Positions 7,141-14,495 of a DNA stretch of 38,655 nucleotides are shown here, piece after piece. Under the pieces are notes generated by a model. It saw nothing but the letters and a program-made list of their open reading frames with translations. It had not been told where the DNA came from and made no database searches. The number at the start of each line of letters is the position of its first letter. Position 1 is the first letter of the stretch. The DNA lies in NCBI GenBank assembly GCA_002899795.1, contig PPDG01000259.1, positions 1-38,655 of the forward strand, given 5' to 3'. The position numbers and the translations under genes were made by a program. The stretch is from Desulfobacteraceae bacterium (GTDB lineage: Bacteria > Desulfobacterota > Syntrophobacteria > BM002).

Positions 7141-7440
7141 TAAGTCATTACACTTCACTGGCACTCATGGTCATTTGGCCACCGAAAGTGGCCGTCACTA
7201 CGCTTCGCTGTCAATATGCCTCCGGCGTCATTTATGGTCACTAGGTCACTAAGCTGTCACTCGTGGTTAACTGTCATTGTGGAGTTAGAACAACTTAATG
7301 ACGGCCGTGAGGCCAAACTAGGGACCAGCTTGCGGGACTGAGCGGAGCGCAGCGAGCGCGAAGAAATGACGGGCGCAGCCCTAATGACAACGAAGCGCAC
7401 ATGCGCGAAGTGTAATGACTTGTAATTGCCTAGTGTTTAG
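7141..7440 (+). repeat. TAATGAC-mosaic long palindromic repeat, full copy (family C)
   Basis: The left arm is rich in GTCATT/GTCAC words and the right arm in AATGAC/GTGAC words (GTCATTACACTTC... pairs with ...GAAGTGTAATGAC). It is collinear with 18027-18255, including the shared tail GTAATGACTTG..TGCCTAGTGTTTAG. Confidence 0.85.
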
Positions 7441-7461
7441 CAGATAAGCAGGCGAAAGACC

Positions 7462-7503
7462 AAAAAAACCCCCTCCCCTGGTAAACCATTGCAGGAGAGG
7501 GGG
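7462..7503 (-). terminator. intrinsic terminator of the CoA-transferase operon
   Basis: On the - strand: CCCCCTCTCCT-loop-AGGGGAGGGGG followed by TTTTTTT, about 135 nt downstream of the last gene of the operon. Additional GC hairpins lie at 7521-7546 and 7584-7611. Confidence 0.65.
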
Positions 7504-7636
7504 ATGAAAACTGAGTGACGGCGGGCACAGAGGCCCGCCTTTTTTACGGCAGGCAGAAACGCCTGCCCTACTCTACTGGACGACCCTCTCCCCCGCGAGC
7601 AGGGGAGAGGGTATTGATGTTATGGGTTTGTGGTGG

Positions 7637-8059
7637 CTACTCGATGTAGTCCAGAGTGTAATCCAGCTTCATCTTGTCATCAGGCCACCAGTTCTTGCTC
7701 TGCACTTCTTTACCGGGGGCGACGTCTTTGCCGTCAATCTTCTCAAGATTCATCTCGAAGAACTTAAATGCCGTGACCTTGTATTTGGTGATAAAGTCAG
7801 ACGGCAGCAAGACGACCCGGCCGGTCTCCTTGGCACACTCCCACTCAAACGCTTCATTGGGAGCTGATTCTTCCGCACCGGTTATGCCGGAGTAGATCTT
7901 GAGCAGCTTGCCGGAGACCTTCATTCCCGGCTTCATGTCAAATTCCTCGAAAAGCGCGTCGGGTATGTGCCACCAACAGGCTCTCATGTTGGCGGCTGCA
8001 TATGCTTTTACGAGCATGGGATCGAAGCCGCAGACTCCCACTCGACATTTTTCAGGCAT
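7637..8059 (-). CDS. hypothetical 140-aa protein (operon gene 6)
   Basis: AAGGAGG SD 6 nt upstream of the ATG, which lies 12 nt after the previous stop. Four Cys and a WW/WWP-rich sequence. No family recognised. Confidence 0.6.
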   Translation of the reverse strand: MPEKCRVGVCGFDPMLVKAYAAANMRACWWHIPDALFEEFDMKPGMKVSGKLLKIYSGITGAEESAPNEAFEWECAKETGRVVLLPSDFITKYKVTAFKFFEMNLEKIDGKDVAPGKEVQSKNWWPDDKMKLDYTLDYIE

Positions 8060-8070
8060 ATTAAACCTCC

Positions 8071-8352
8071 TTATTCACTTTGATCGGTTTCCACTTGCCG
8101 CAACTGATCGCGAAGATCTTCAACCTGGCTGTGGCAGTAATCCATGAACTCTTGGGCCTCAGAATTGGTGAGGTGTTCCGTCTCACGCAATCTGGTGACA
8201 AGGGGGTAAACTTGCTCCTGGATCTCTTCGGTGAATTCCAGCAGCACATAATCGTTATCCCCGTCAGGCGAGGCCCAGCTAAGAAAACCCCTCTTCCAGT
8301 TGTTCAGCATCTGCTTGAGGGTATCGAGTTCTTGGCGGACGTTTTCTTCCAC
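8071..8352 (-). CDS. hypothetical 93-aa acidic helical protein (operon gene 5)
   Basis: GTG start 2 nt after the upstream TAG, with a purine-rich tract upstream. Strongly acidic, with predicted helical character by composition. Confidence 0.5.
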   Translation of the reverse strand: MEENVRQELDTLKQMLNNWKRGFLSWASPDGDNDYVLLEFTEEIQEQVYPLVTRLRETEHLTNSEAQEFMDYCHSQVEDLRDQLRQVETDQSE

Positions 8353-8354
8353 AG

Positions 8355-8588
8355 CTAGCCTTTCTTTCTCTGTTCAAAGGCATAGCACTTCTTGACCACG
8401 TTGAAATCCGCTACACACCAGTAATGGGGCCAGTGGATCTTCGTGCACCAACCAATGATGTCTGCCGGCGGAAACTTGGAGTCTTTGAGAACAGGCTTCA
8501 AGCCCCGGCAGTTCCAGCATATATGGTCACTCGACTTTTCCGGCACCAATACGGTATCCAGAAACTCTTCAGGTGTTAACTCTGCCAT
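8355..8588 (-). CDS. hypothetical 77-aa Cys/Trp-rich protein (operon gene 4)
   Basis: I chose the internal ATG 8588 with an AAGGAG SD 7 nt upstream. The track ORF start at 8663 would overlap the upstream gene. Motifs: CWNCRG, GWCTKIHWPHYWC, KKC. Confidence 0.55.
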   Translation of the reverse strand: MAELTPEEFLDTVLVPEKSSDHICWNCRGLKPVLKDSKFPPADIIGWCTKIHWPHYWCVADFNVVKKCYAFEQRKKG

Positions 8589-8607
8589 GTGACACTCCTT
8601 TCTACAG

Positions 8608-9093
8608 TTACCAGTCCTTGACTTCGCCGGCAGCGAGCTTCTGCTGATACTCCTCCCAGACATCGGGCGTCAATTTCTGAATATCCCAGTTGAAGCCAAA
8701 GCTTCCAGCCAAACCGGCAGAAGGCGGCTGCGGACGCCAGCCGCGCACCGGCCGACCCCGGATGCTGAACTTGACCATGTCGGCAACGCCAGTTAACCAA
8801 GACCTTGGCTTGCACTGGTAAGGCCTGGTCCTCCCCTCGATACCGTCTCTGTAGTTGGAATAGCCATCAAACGGCTTGTCCGCATAAAGCGGGCTGGTGT
8901 CCGGCTCCTCACCGGGTCTTTCCTCCGGACCCTTGAACATAAAGCCCTTGATCATGTGGATGTAGTACACCGTCTTGCACTCGGCGCAGTTGATCGTGCC
9001 TTCCCAGTCCCAGAAACAGTAAGGGTCGAGGTAGTTGATAGTGTCACAGTCTTTGCCACCAACCTCTTTTTTGCACCAGATTATATCACACAC
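8608..9093 (-). CDS. hypothetical 161-aa protein with an N-terminal Cys cluster (operon gene 3)
   Basis: GTG start with an AGGAGGG SD 7 nt upstream that overlaps the stop of the upstream gene. N-terminus is MCDIIWCKKEVGGKDCDT...CFWDWEGTINCAECKT. The C-terminal half is Trp/Arg/Pro-rich. Confidence 0.6.
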   Translation of the reverse strand: MCDIIWCKKEVGGKDCDTINYLDPYCFWDWEGTINCAECKTVYYIHMIKGFMFKGPEERPGEEPDTSPLYADKPFDGYSNYRDGIEGRTRPYQCKPRSWLTGVADMVKFSIRGRPVRGWRPQPPSAGLAGSFGFNWDIQKLTPDVWEEYQQKLAAGEVKDW

Positions 9094-9107
9094 AGTCGTC
9101 CCTCCTT

Positions 9108-10523
9108 TTAGATCCAGGCCTTGTCATACCACTCTTGGATTTGAGTGAGCGGAATGCCGAGCAGGTCACGGTAGATCTTCTTGTTGTCCGCACCAACCGG
9201 GCGCCAGTGCCAGTTAATCCTTCTCGGGGTTTTTTCCATCAACCCGCAGCTGTAACCGGCATGGAGCAGCATATCGCCAAAGAGGGGATCGTCCAGCCAC
9301 CTTACGGTGCCTCTCTCCCTGTAGTGCGGGCTCTCGTAAACCTCGCGGTCATTCCGAACAGGTTCGGCCAAAATGCCTGCATCTTGCAGGATCTTGGCAA
9401 CTTCCGACCTGGATTTGTCCGCAGCCCAGCTTTCCAGAGCCGCATAGATCTCCACCTGAGCTTCACCTTCAGCCCGGTCCTTGTGGGCCTTGTATTTGTC
9501 GAGAAGGCCCTTGTTCCCGGTTATGGCGCAGAGCTCTGCGAAGTCCTCATCCTGGAAGGCGCTGACCATGACATAACGCGCACAGAACTGGTCCTGCGGG
9601 TTGTCGGCATCCGGAAAATCGGACTTGCCGCACAGGATGATGCCGTGCGCCGCCAGTTGGGTGTCCCAGTTGCCCCAGCGCTGGCGGACGATGCCGAACT
9701 TGCCGTACATGGGCAAGGTATGTCCGAGCATCCGGGTCGGGACCTGTACCTGGGAGAATTCTATCATGGTGCCCAGTCCGGTCTTTCTCCGATGGTGGAT
9801 GGCCGCCAGGATTGAGCAGGTGATCAGGTTGCCGGATTGCCAGTCAATGACCCAGTTGGTGCACTTGGTGGCATGGCCGCCCATGAACTCGTGCATACCG
9901 GTTATGGAGGCGAGTCCGGCGTGGGCCTGGCCCAGGATGTCGTAAGAACCGCCGAAGATTTTGGGACCGTAACCGAAACCGCCGCCCCAGACATAGATGA
10001 ACCGGGGGTTGATTTCGCTCAGGTACCTGTAGCTCATCTTCCACTTGTCCAGGGTTCCCGGCCGGTAAAGCTCGGTCAGCCCGTCGGATTTCTTCACCAA
10101 CCCGTAAAAGATATCCACCATCTCGGGGATGTGGTAATCCATGGTGAGAAAGTACTTGTTGGGGTTGGCGTTGGTGAAACCCAGGCCGGTACCGGTCATG
10201 GGCCGCGTGTCATGCAGCGGATACAGGTAGCACTCGTTGAACGGGGATGTGTGGCGCATGGCGTCACCCATCCTCGGCATCTCGATCTTGATGACCTCGG
10301 CCCCCAGTTCGGCCAGGTTGGCCACAGAGTGGGGCGTGAAGATATACATGGTGCAGCTCAACCACCTAATCCCTTTAAGCGCTATGGGCTTGGTGTGCTC
10401 ATTGCCCACATCGAAGATCTTCTTGCAATACTCCTCGTAGGGCATCTTCATCTCATCCATTTCACCCTTGCTCTTGGGGCCTGGCAGGTCTTCTATTCGT
10501 GTTACTCTTGGATCTTTTGCCAT
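9108..10523 (-). CDS. family III (CaiB/BaiF/Frc-type) CoA-transferase, 471 aa, catalytic-type subunit
   Basis: N-terminal Rossmann signature [21 protein letters not shown]. Active-site region [28 protein letters not shown] retains the conserved Asp. AAGGGGG SD. Confidence 0.85.
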   Translation of the reverse strand: MAKDPRVTRIEDLPGPKSKGEMDEMKMPYEEYCKKIFDVGNEHTKPIALKGIRWLSCTMYIFTPHSVANLAELGAEVIKIEMPRMGDAMRHTSPFNECYLYPLHDTRPMTGTGLGFTNANPNKYFLTMDYHIPEMVDIFYGLVKKSDGLTELYRPGTLDKWKMSYRYLSEINPRFIYVWGGGFGYGPKIFGGSYDILGQAHAGLASITGMHEFMGGHATKCTNWVIDWQSGNLITCSILAAIHHRRKTGLGTMIEFSQVQVPTRMLGHTLPMYGKFGIVRQRWGNWDTQLAAHGIILCGKSDFPDADNPQDQFCARYVMVSAFQDEDFAELCAITGNKGLLDKYKAHKDRAEGEAQVEIYAALESWAADKSRSEVAKILQDAGILAEPVRNDREVYESPHYRERGTVRWLDDPLFGDMLLHAGYSCGLMEKTPRRINWHWRPVGADNKKIYRDLLGIPLTQIQEWYDKAWI

Positions 10524-10591
10524 TAGATTACCCCCTTTGCCATGAGTTCATTAACCTTGATCTGAGTCATTCCGGTCCACTTCAGGAAGAT

Positions 10592-12007
10592 TTAGTAGTT
10601 GTCAAACCCTAGGTCTCTGCCCACCCACTTGGCCCGGAACGGCGCATAGAGCTGATAGGACGCCGGACTCGAAGCAATCAGCAGCGGACCGTAGTCGGTC
10701 TCATGGACGTACTGCCATGGACGGTACTTGAAGTGGGGGAACTCGGCGACCTCGTCGATGTACAGAAGCGGCCCGGCCGCAAGCTGGTAGGCCATCAGTT
10801 TTGTTTCGGCCTCGACCCTGTTGGTGTCCCTCAGCCAGCGGGTGGTAAGGGTGTAGGTCTTGATCAGGGCGTGCAAGGCGTTCCTGGCTCCCATCTCCTT
10901 GAGGAAGGGGTCTTCATGGATCAGCCGGCCGAACATGTCGTAATCGTTCTCAAGACAAAAGCCGATGTTGTACCAGAGCTTGTCGGTCTGGCCGCCGATC
11001 ATCATGTAGCCGTCCTTGCAGGGGTTCCAGGCATACTGGTTCAGGTTGGGGTCCCAGCCGCCGGATCTTCCTTTGATACTGGCATTGAAACCGTACCAGG
11101 TGATATCGAAGTCGATGATGTCCATCAAAGTTTCGGCACCGGTGACCTCGATCATCTGGCCGTCGTTCCCGAGCTCGTCGCGCCAGTAAAGGGCCGCACA
11201 GGCGTTCAGGAATCCCTGCGCCCCGGCAACATAGTCGGCCAGCCAGACACCCGAGCGGGTCGGATCGCCGCCCTTGCCCCTGGGAAGCAGGTCCTGGGCC
11301 AAACCGGTGTTGTGAACCCAGGAGTTGGCGCAACTGGCAAAGGGCTCCAGTTCCCACTGGCCGAACTTGGATTGCTTGTCCTTCCAGGGGCCCCACTGGC
11401 CAAGCATGCCGACCCAGATGTAGACCATCTTGGGGTTGGCTGCCTTGAGCTGGCGGTAGCCGATACCCAGACCATCCATATAGCCGGGAGGCATGCCGTC
11501 GATCAAAACATCGACGTTTTGAGCCATTTGCTTGAAAATCTCCTGGCCTTCCGGGGTCTCGACATCCAGGGTTACGCAGTGGGTGTTCACCGTCTCGCAG
11601 ACGAACTCCATGCCGCACTTTTCGCCGGTCTCGGTATTTTCCAGCAGGTACTCTTCGCGGCCGAAAGGCGTCAACTGCCTCAAAGGATCGCCACCGGGCG
11701 GTTCGACAGAGACGACCTCGGCCCCGGCTTCGCCAAAGAGAGAGGCGCAAAACTTGTGGCCCAGCCGCCAGAGGCCGATATCCAGTACCCTGAGGTGTCC
11801 CAGGGACTCATCTTTGCCGTATCTTTTTTCGAATTTGAAGCTGTCCTCAGCCCAGTCGCAGAACTCCAGCGCCTTCCTTTTTTCGTACGTCGGTTTCACT
11901 TCCTCGTAGGAAGGCGGCGGTGTGACCGGGTAGGGCCTTACATCCAAATCCATCAGACCTATGGTGTCGGCCCTGCTGTTTATTTCAACATCTTTTTTTT
12001 CTGCCAT
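10592..12007 (-). CDS. family III CoA-transferase-like protein, 471 aa, divergent paralogue
   Basis: [40 protein letters not shown] matches the family III N-terminal signature. The segment equivalent to the Asp loop reads [33 protein letters not shown], with Glu rather than Asp by eye. GGAGG SD. Confidence 0.8.
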   Translation of the reverse strand: MAEKKDVEINSRADTIGLMDLDVRPYPVTPPPSYEEVKPTYEKRKALEFCDWAEDSFKFEKRYGKDESLGHLRVLDIGLWRLGHKFCASLFGEAGAEVVSVEPPGGDPLRQLTPFGREEYLLENTETGEKCGMEFVCETVNTHCVTLDVETPEGQEIFKQMAQNVDVLIDGMPPGYMDGLGIGYRQLKAANPKMVYIWVGMLGQWGPWKDKQSKFGQWELEPFASCANSWVHNTGLAQDLLPRGKGGDPTRSGVWLADYVAGAQGFLNACAALYWRDELGNDGQMIEVTGAETLMDIIDFDITWYGFNASIKGRSGGWDPNLNQYAWNPCKDGYMMIGGQTDKLWYNIGFCLENDYDMFGRLIHEDPFLKEMGARNALHALIKTYTLTTRWLRDTNRVEAETKLMAYQLAAGPLLYIDEVAEFPHFKYRPWQYVHETDYGPLLIASSPASYQLYAPFRAKWVGRDLGFDNY

Positions 12008-12726
12008 GTTTTAACCTCCGATTCAGCAGTTTTATCTCCAGACTTGCTGTACACTCCTTGTTGGCGTTAGAGGTTAGTCCGATAATCCCTCATCGCTTTA
12101 ACTCACCACCCCCTTTCTCACTGCGATCTGGTTAGAGCTTGTAGTTAGAACCTCCGCCCCAGTGGTTTGCCTCTCATGGGGCTTCACGGTTGATTGATCC
12201 TTCCTAGTTCGTCTGCTCTACCAGCCGGCAAGTCGTTTTCACCACCTGGTCCGGTGGCAATTGACTGGTCTTTTATCACCCCCTTTACAATGTTGAAGAA
12301 ATGGCACAAGTGTCAGAATGCAGAATACGACTGTGCCCCCTCAAAGACCACGTCGTTGGCATTAGCCATTGGGCTGAGAGAAGACAGATGCTCTACTTGG
12401 ATTAGGTACCGTCGTTTCGTATTCGGCTACTTTGGTGGAAATATGCGCTGGCCTGCTTGCCAGATATAGAAACTGTATGCTCGCAGAGTGTCGATGCTCT
12501 GAAGCAACAGATTACTCTCGGAGTTGTCTTTGTATCTGACCGTGTTAGCTGATTCCGCTGGAACTCGAACTCCAGGTACCGCTAGAAATATAGGACGCGA
12601 GTTCGCTACTCGAGCTAGCTCTATTTGCTATTCTGGTTTAACAGGTGCGCTTCTGCGAAGGATTGAGAAGCTTGCGATTGTAGAAAACATGAAGAAAACA
12701 GCATTAAGCAACTGAATTTGTTTCTA

Positions 12727-12754
12727 ATCATATATTGACCCATAATTTTGTCAA
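12727..12754 (-). promoter_or_regulatory. candidate sigma70-type promoter for the CoA-transferase operon
   Basis: The - strand reads TTGACA-N16-TATGAT. It would give a leader of roughly 710 nt. No experimental support. Confidence 0.3.
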
Positions 12755-12856
12755 GCCAAAAGATAGCTCGTGATTTTTTTCTCTAAGCCGGGTCATGTTT
12801 AAAGCTCCCCAAATGGTCCGCTGGAAGGGGGGAGCGGTTTTCAATGCTTGGTTGTT

Positions 12857-12929
12857 CGCGGCTGGAAAGCCGCTCCCACAGAACCAACATCTATCCTCTT
12901 TAAACTGTGGGAGTGGCTTTCCAGCCACG
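12857..12929. repeat. REP doublet (BIME-like), GTGG type
   Basis: 12857-12881 is CGCGGCTGGAAAGCCGCTCCCACAG and 12905-12929 is CTGTGGGAGTGGCTTTCCAGCCACG. They lie head to head with a 23-nt spacer. The two arms differ by a compensatory stem change (GCGGCT/AGCCGC versus GTGGCT/AGCCAC). Confidence 0.85.
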
Positions 12930-13073
12930 ACAAAGTTAATGGTATCTGGTCACTCTCTAATTGGTTTTCCATTACCAGTTCTTCGAGGTTCCCCGCCATG
13001 CGAGCAAGGCGAGGCGGGCGGGGAAAGCCGCTCTCACTAACAAGCCTCCATCCCGAAAACTGACTTTTTCCGT

Positions 13074-13172
13074 GTCATTCTGAGCAGTGAAGCGACGAAG
13101 AATCTCTTGACTACAACGTTCGGAGATTCTTCGCGGAGTTTATCCTGAGTGTGTCAAAGGGCTCAGAATGAC
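13074..13172 (+). repeat. family B nested-palindrome element, copy 2
   Basis: GTCATTCTGAG...CGACGAAGAATCTC-loop-GAGATTCTTCGCGG...CTCAGAATGAC. Confidence 0.8.
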
Positions 13173-13409
13173 ATTCAACAGTTTCCGGATGGACATTAAG
13201 CTATACCGCTTCTTGACAATGCTCTGAAAGGTGTGCCAACATCCGTGAGAGAAACAGCTGGCAGCCAGTGTCCATCCGACGGGAGTCAGCTGGAGTCATC
13301 ACATTTCGGATTGGAGATTTCGGATTTCGGATTGAAAATATAGAAACGAAGCTCAAAAACTATATAAGAATTCCGCAATCCGCATTCCGCATTCGAGAGG
13401 AGGCGCATC

Positions 13410-13826
13410 ATGCTTACCCACAGGACCCAGGTGCGTGTTCGTTTTGGTGACACTGATCCGTATGGCATTGTGTATTTTGTCAGCTATTTTCGCTACTGCC
13501 ATCGAGGTATAGAAGAGTTCCTGCGAAACCTCGGCCTGGCTCCCGAAAATACCTTTCGCAACCGAGAAGAGAAATTTGGCTTACCCATCGTGGCCGCCGA
13601 TTGCCGCTTTTTGATTCCGGCACGTTACGGTGAACTGCTCGAGCTGGAGACCTCGGTAAAGGAGATCAAAGAAAAGGCCATCGTCTTTCAGTTTCGCTTT
13701 TACCGACCGCCGGAAACTGGGCTGCTAGCGGAAGGCACTGCCACCATTGTAGCCATAGACCATACCTGGAAGGCGAGACCGTTGCCGGAGGTTGTGGCGG
13801 AGAAGCTGCGCTCAGCGCCAGAATAA
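13410..13826 (+). CDS. 4HBT/YbgC-type hot-dog-fold acyl-CoA thioesterase
   Basis: 138 aa with a GAGGAGG SD. The N-terminal signature VRVRFGDTDPYGIVYFVSYFRYCHRGIEEFL is typical of 4-hydroxybenzoyl-CoA thioesterase-like proteins. Confidence 0.8.
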   Translation: MLTHRTQVRVRFGDTDPYGIVYFVSYFRYCHRGIEEFLRNLGLAPENTFRNREEKFGLPIVAADCRFLIPARYGELLELETSVKEIKEKAIVFQFRFYRPPETGLLAEGTATIVAIDHTWKARPLPEVVAEKLRSAPE

Positions 13827-13857
13827 CTAGGCACTGTTAAGTCATTAGGCTACGAGT

Positions 13858-14446
13858 CGCGGCTGGAAAGCCGCTCCCACAGACAACATGACGATGTAAT
13901 ATGACCTGTGGGAGCGGCTTTCCAGCCGCGATCCCAAAATACCAATGGTTATGGAACACAGAAAAGGAACGCACCATCTGCGTAAAGGTCGCGTTTCCGA
14001 AATAGGCCATTACTATTTACTCACAGCGACCACTCACGACAAAATTCCTGTATTTACCAACCCCGAAGCTGCAAGAATAGTTCTTTCCAGTTTGCAGTCG
14101 CTTGAAGAGCAGGGACGGATTTGTCTTGAAGCTGCGGTAGTCATGCCTGATCATCTTCATTTCGTGGCTGGGTTATCTGATGGAAATTTGAGTGTGCTAA
14201 TGCAGAGTCTAAAAGGCTATAGTGCTCGCAAAATAAACGAGTTGCTCGGCCGGAAAGGACCACTGTGGCAGCCTCAATATCACGACCATGCGATAAGAAA
14301 GGATGAGGTTCTTGAGGAAGTTACTCTTTATTGCTTGCACAATCCAGTGAGAGCTGGTTTAGTTCAGGATTTCCGTGACTATCCCTATTGGTATTGCCGT
14401 TGGGAAGTGTGAAGATTGTATCGCGGCTGGAAAGCCGCTCCCACAG
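13858..14446 (+). mobile_element. REPtron: RAYT gene flanked by cognate REPs
   Basis: A REP doublet at 13858-13930 (both arms GCGGCT type, 23-nt spacer) lies upstream, and a single REP at 14422-14446 lies 10 nt after the RAYT stop. Confidence 0.8.
13945..14412 (+). CDS. REP-associated tyrosine transposase (RAYT, IS200/IS605 Y1 HUH family)
   Basis: 155 aa. HUH motif in VVMPDHLHFV and a catalytic Tyr region YCLHNPVRAGLV. Flanked by REPs. Confidence 0.85.
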   Translation: MVMEHRKGTHHLRKGRVSEIGHYYLLTATTHDKIPVFTNPEAARIVLSSLQSLEEQGRICLEAAVVMPDHLHFVAGLSDGNLSVLMQSLKGYSARKINELLGRKGPLWQPQYHDHAIRKDEVLEEVTLYCLHNPVRAGLVQDFRDYPYWYCRWEV

Positions 14447-14495
14447 AGTGACATATTTCAATGATGTAGCTGTTAAGTAAAGCTAAGGAGTACGC

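Noticed and set aside
9837-12070. Long + strand ORFs (455 aa at 10703-12070, 229 aa at 9837-10526, 226 aa at 9135-9815) and the 266-aa - strand ORF at 10950-11750
   Set aside because: They lie entirely antisense to, or out of frame within, the two CoA-transferase genes, which carry clear family signatures. Their translations are low-complexity and Gly/Pro/Arg/Val-rich, as expected for shadow frames of GC3-rich genes.
12728-12928. Small ORFs translating repeats (12728-12928, 12795-13040, 3715-3975, 19609-19908, 23636-23872, 22415-22636)
   Set aside because: Their sequences consist of REP or family B translations (AGKPLPQ, WERLSSRD, HSEPFDRLR.SAKNL). They have no SD and recur in different frames and strands wherever the repeat occurs.
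14447-14495. SAM/SAH-type riboswitch upstream of the homocysteine-biosynthesis-type gene
   Set aside because: Only about 50 nt separate the REP from the start codon, and they contain just an SD. That is too short for any known riboswitch aptamer.
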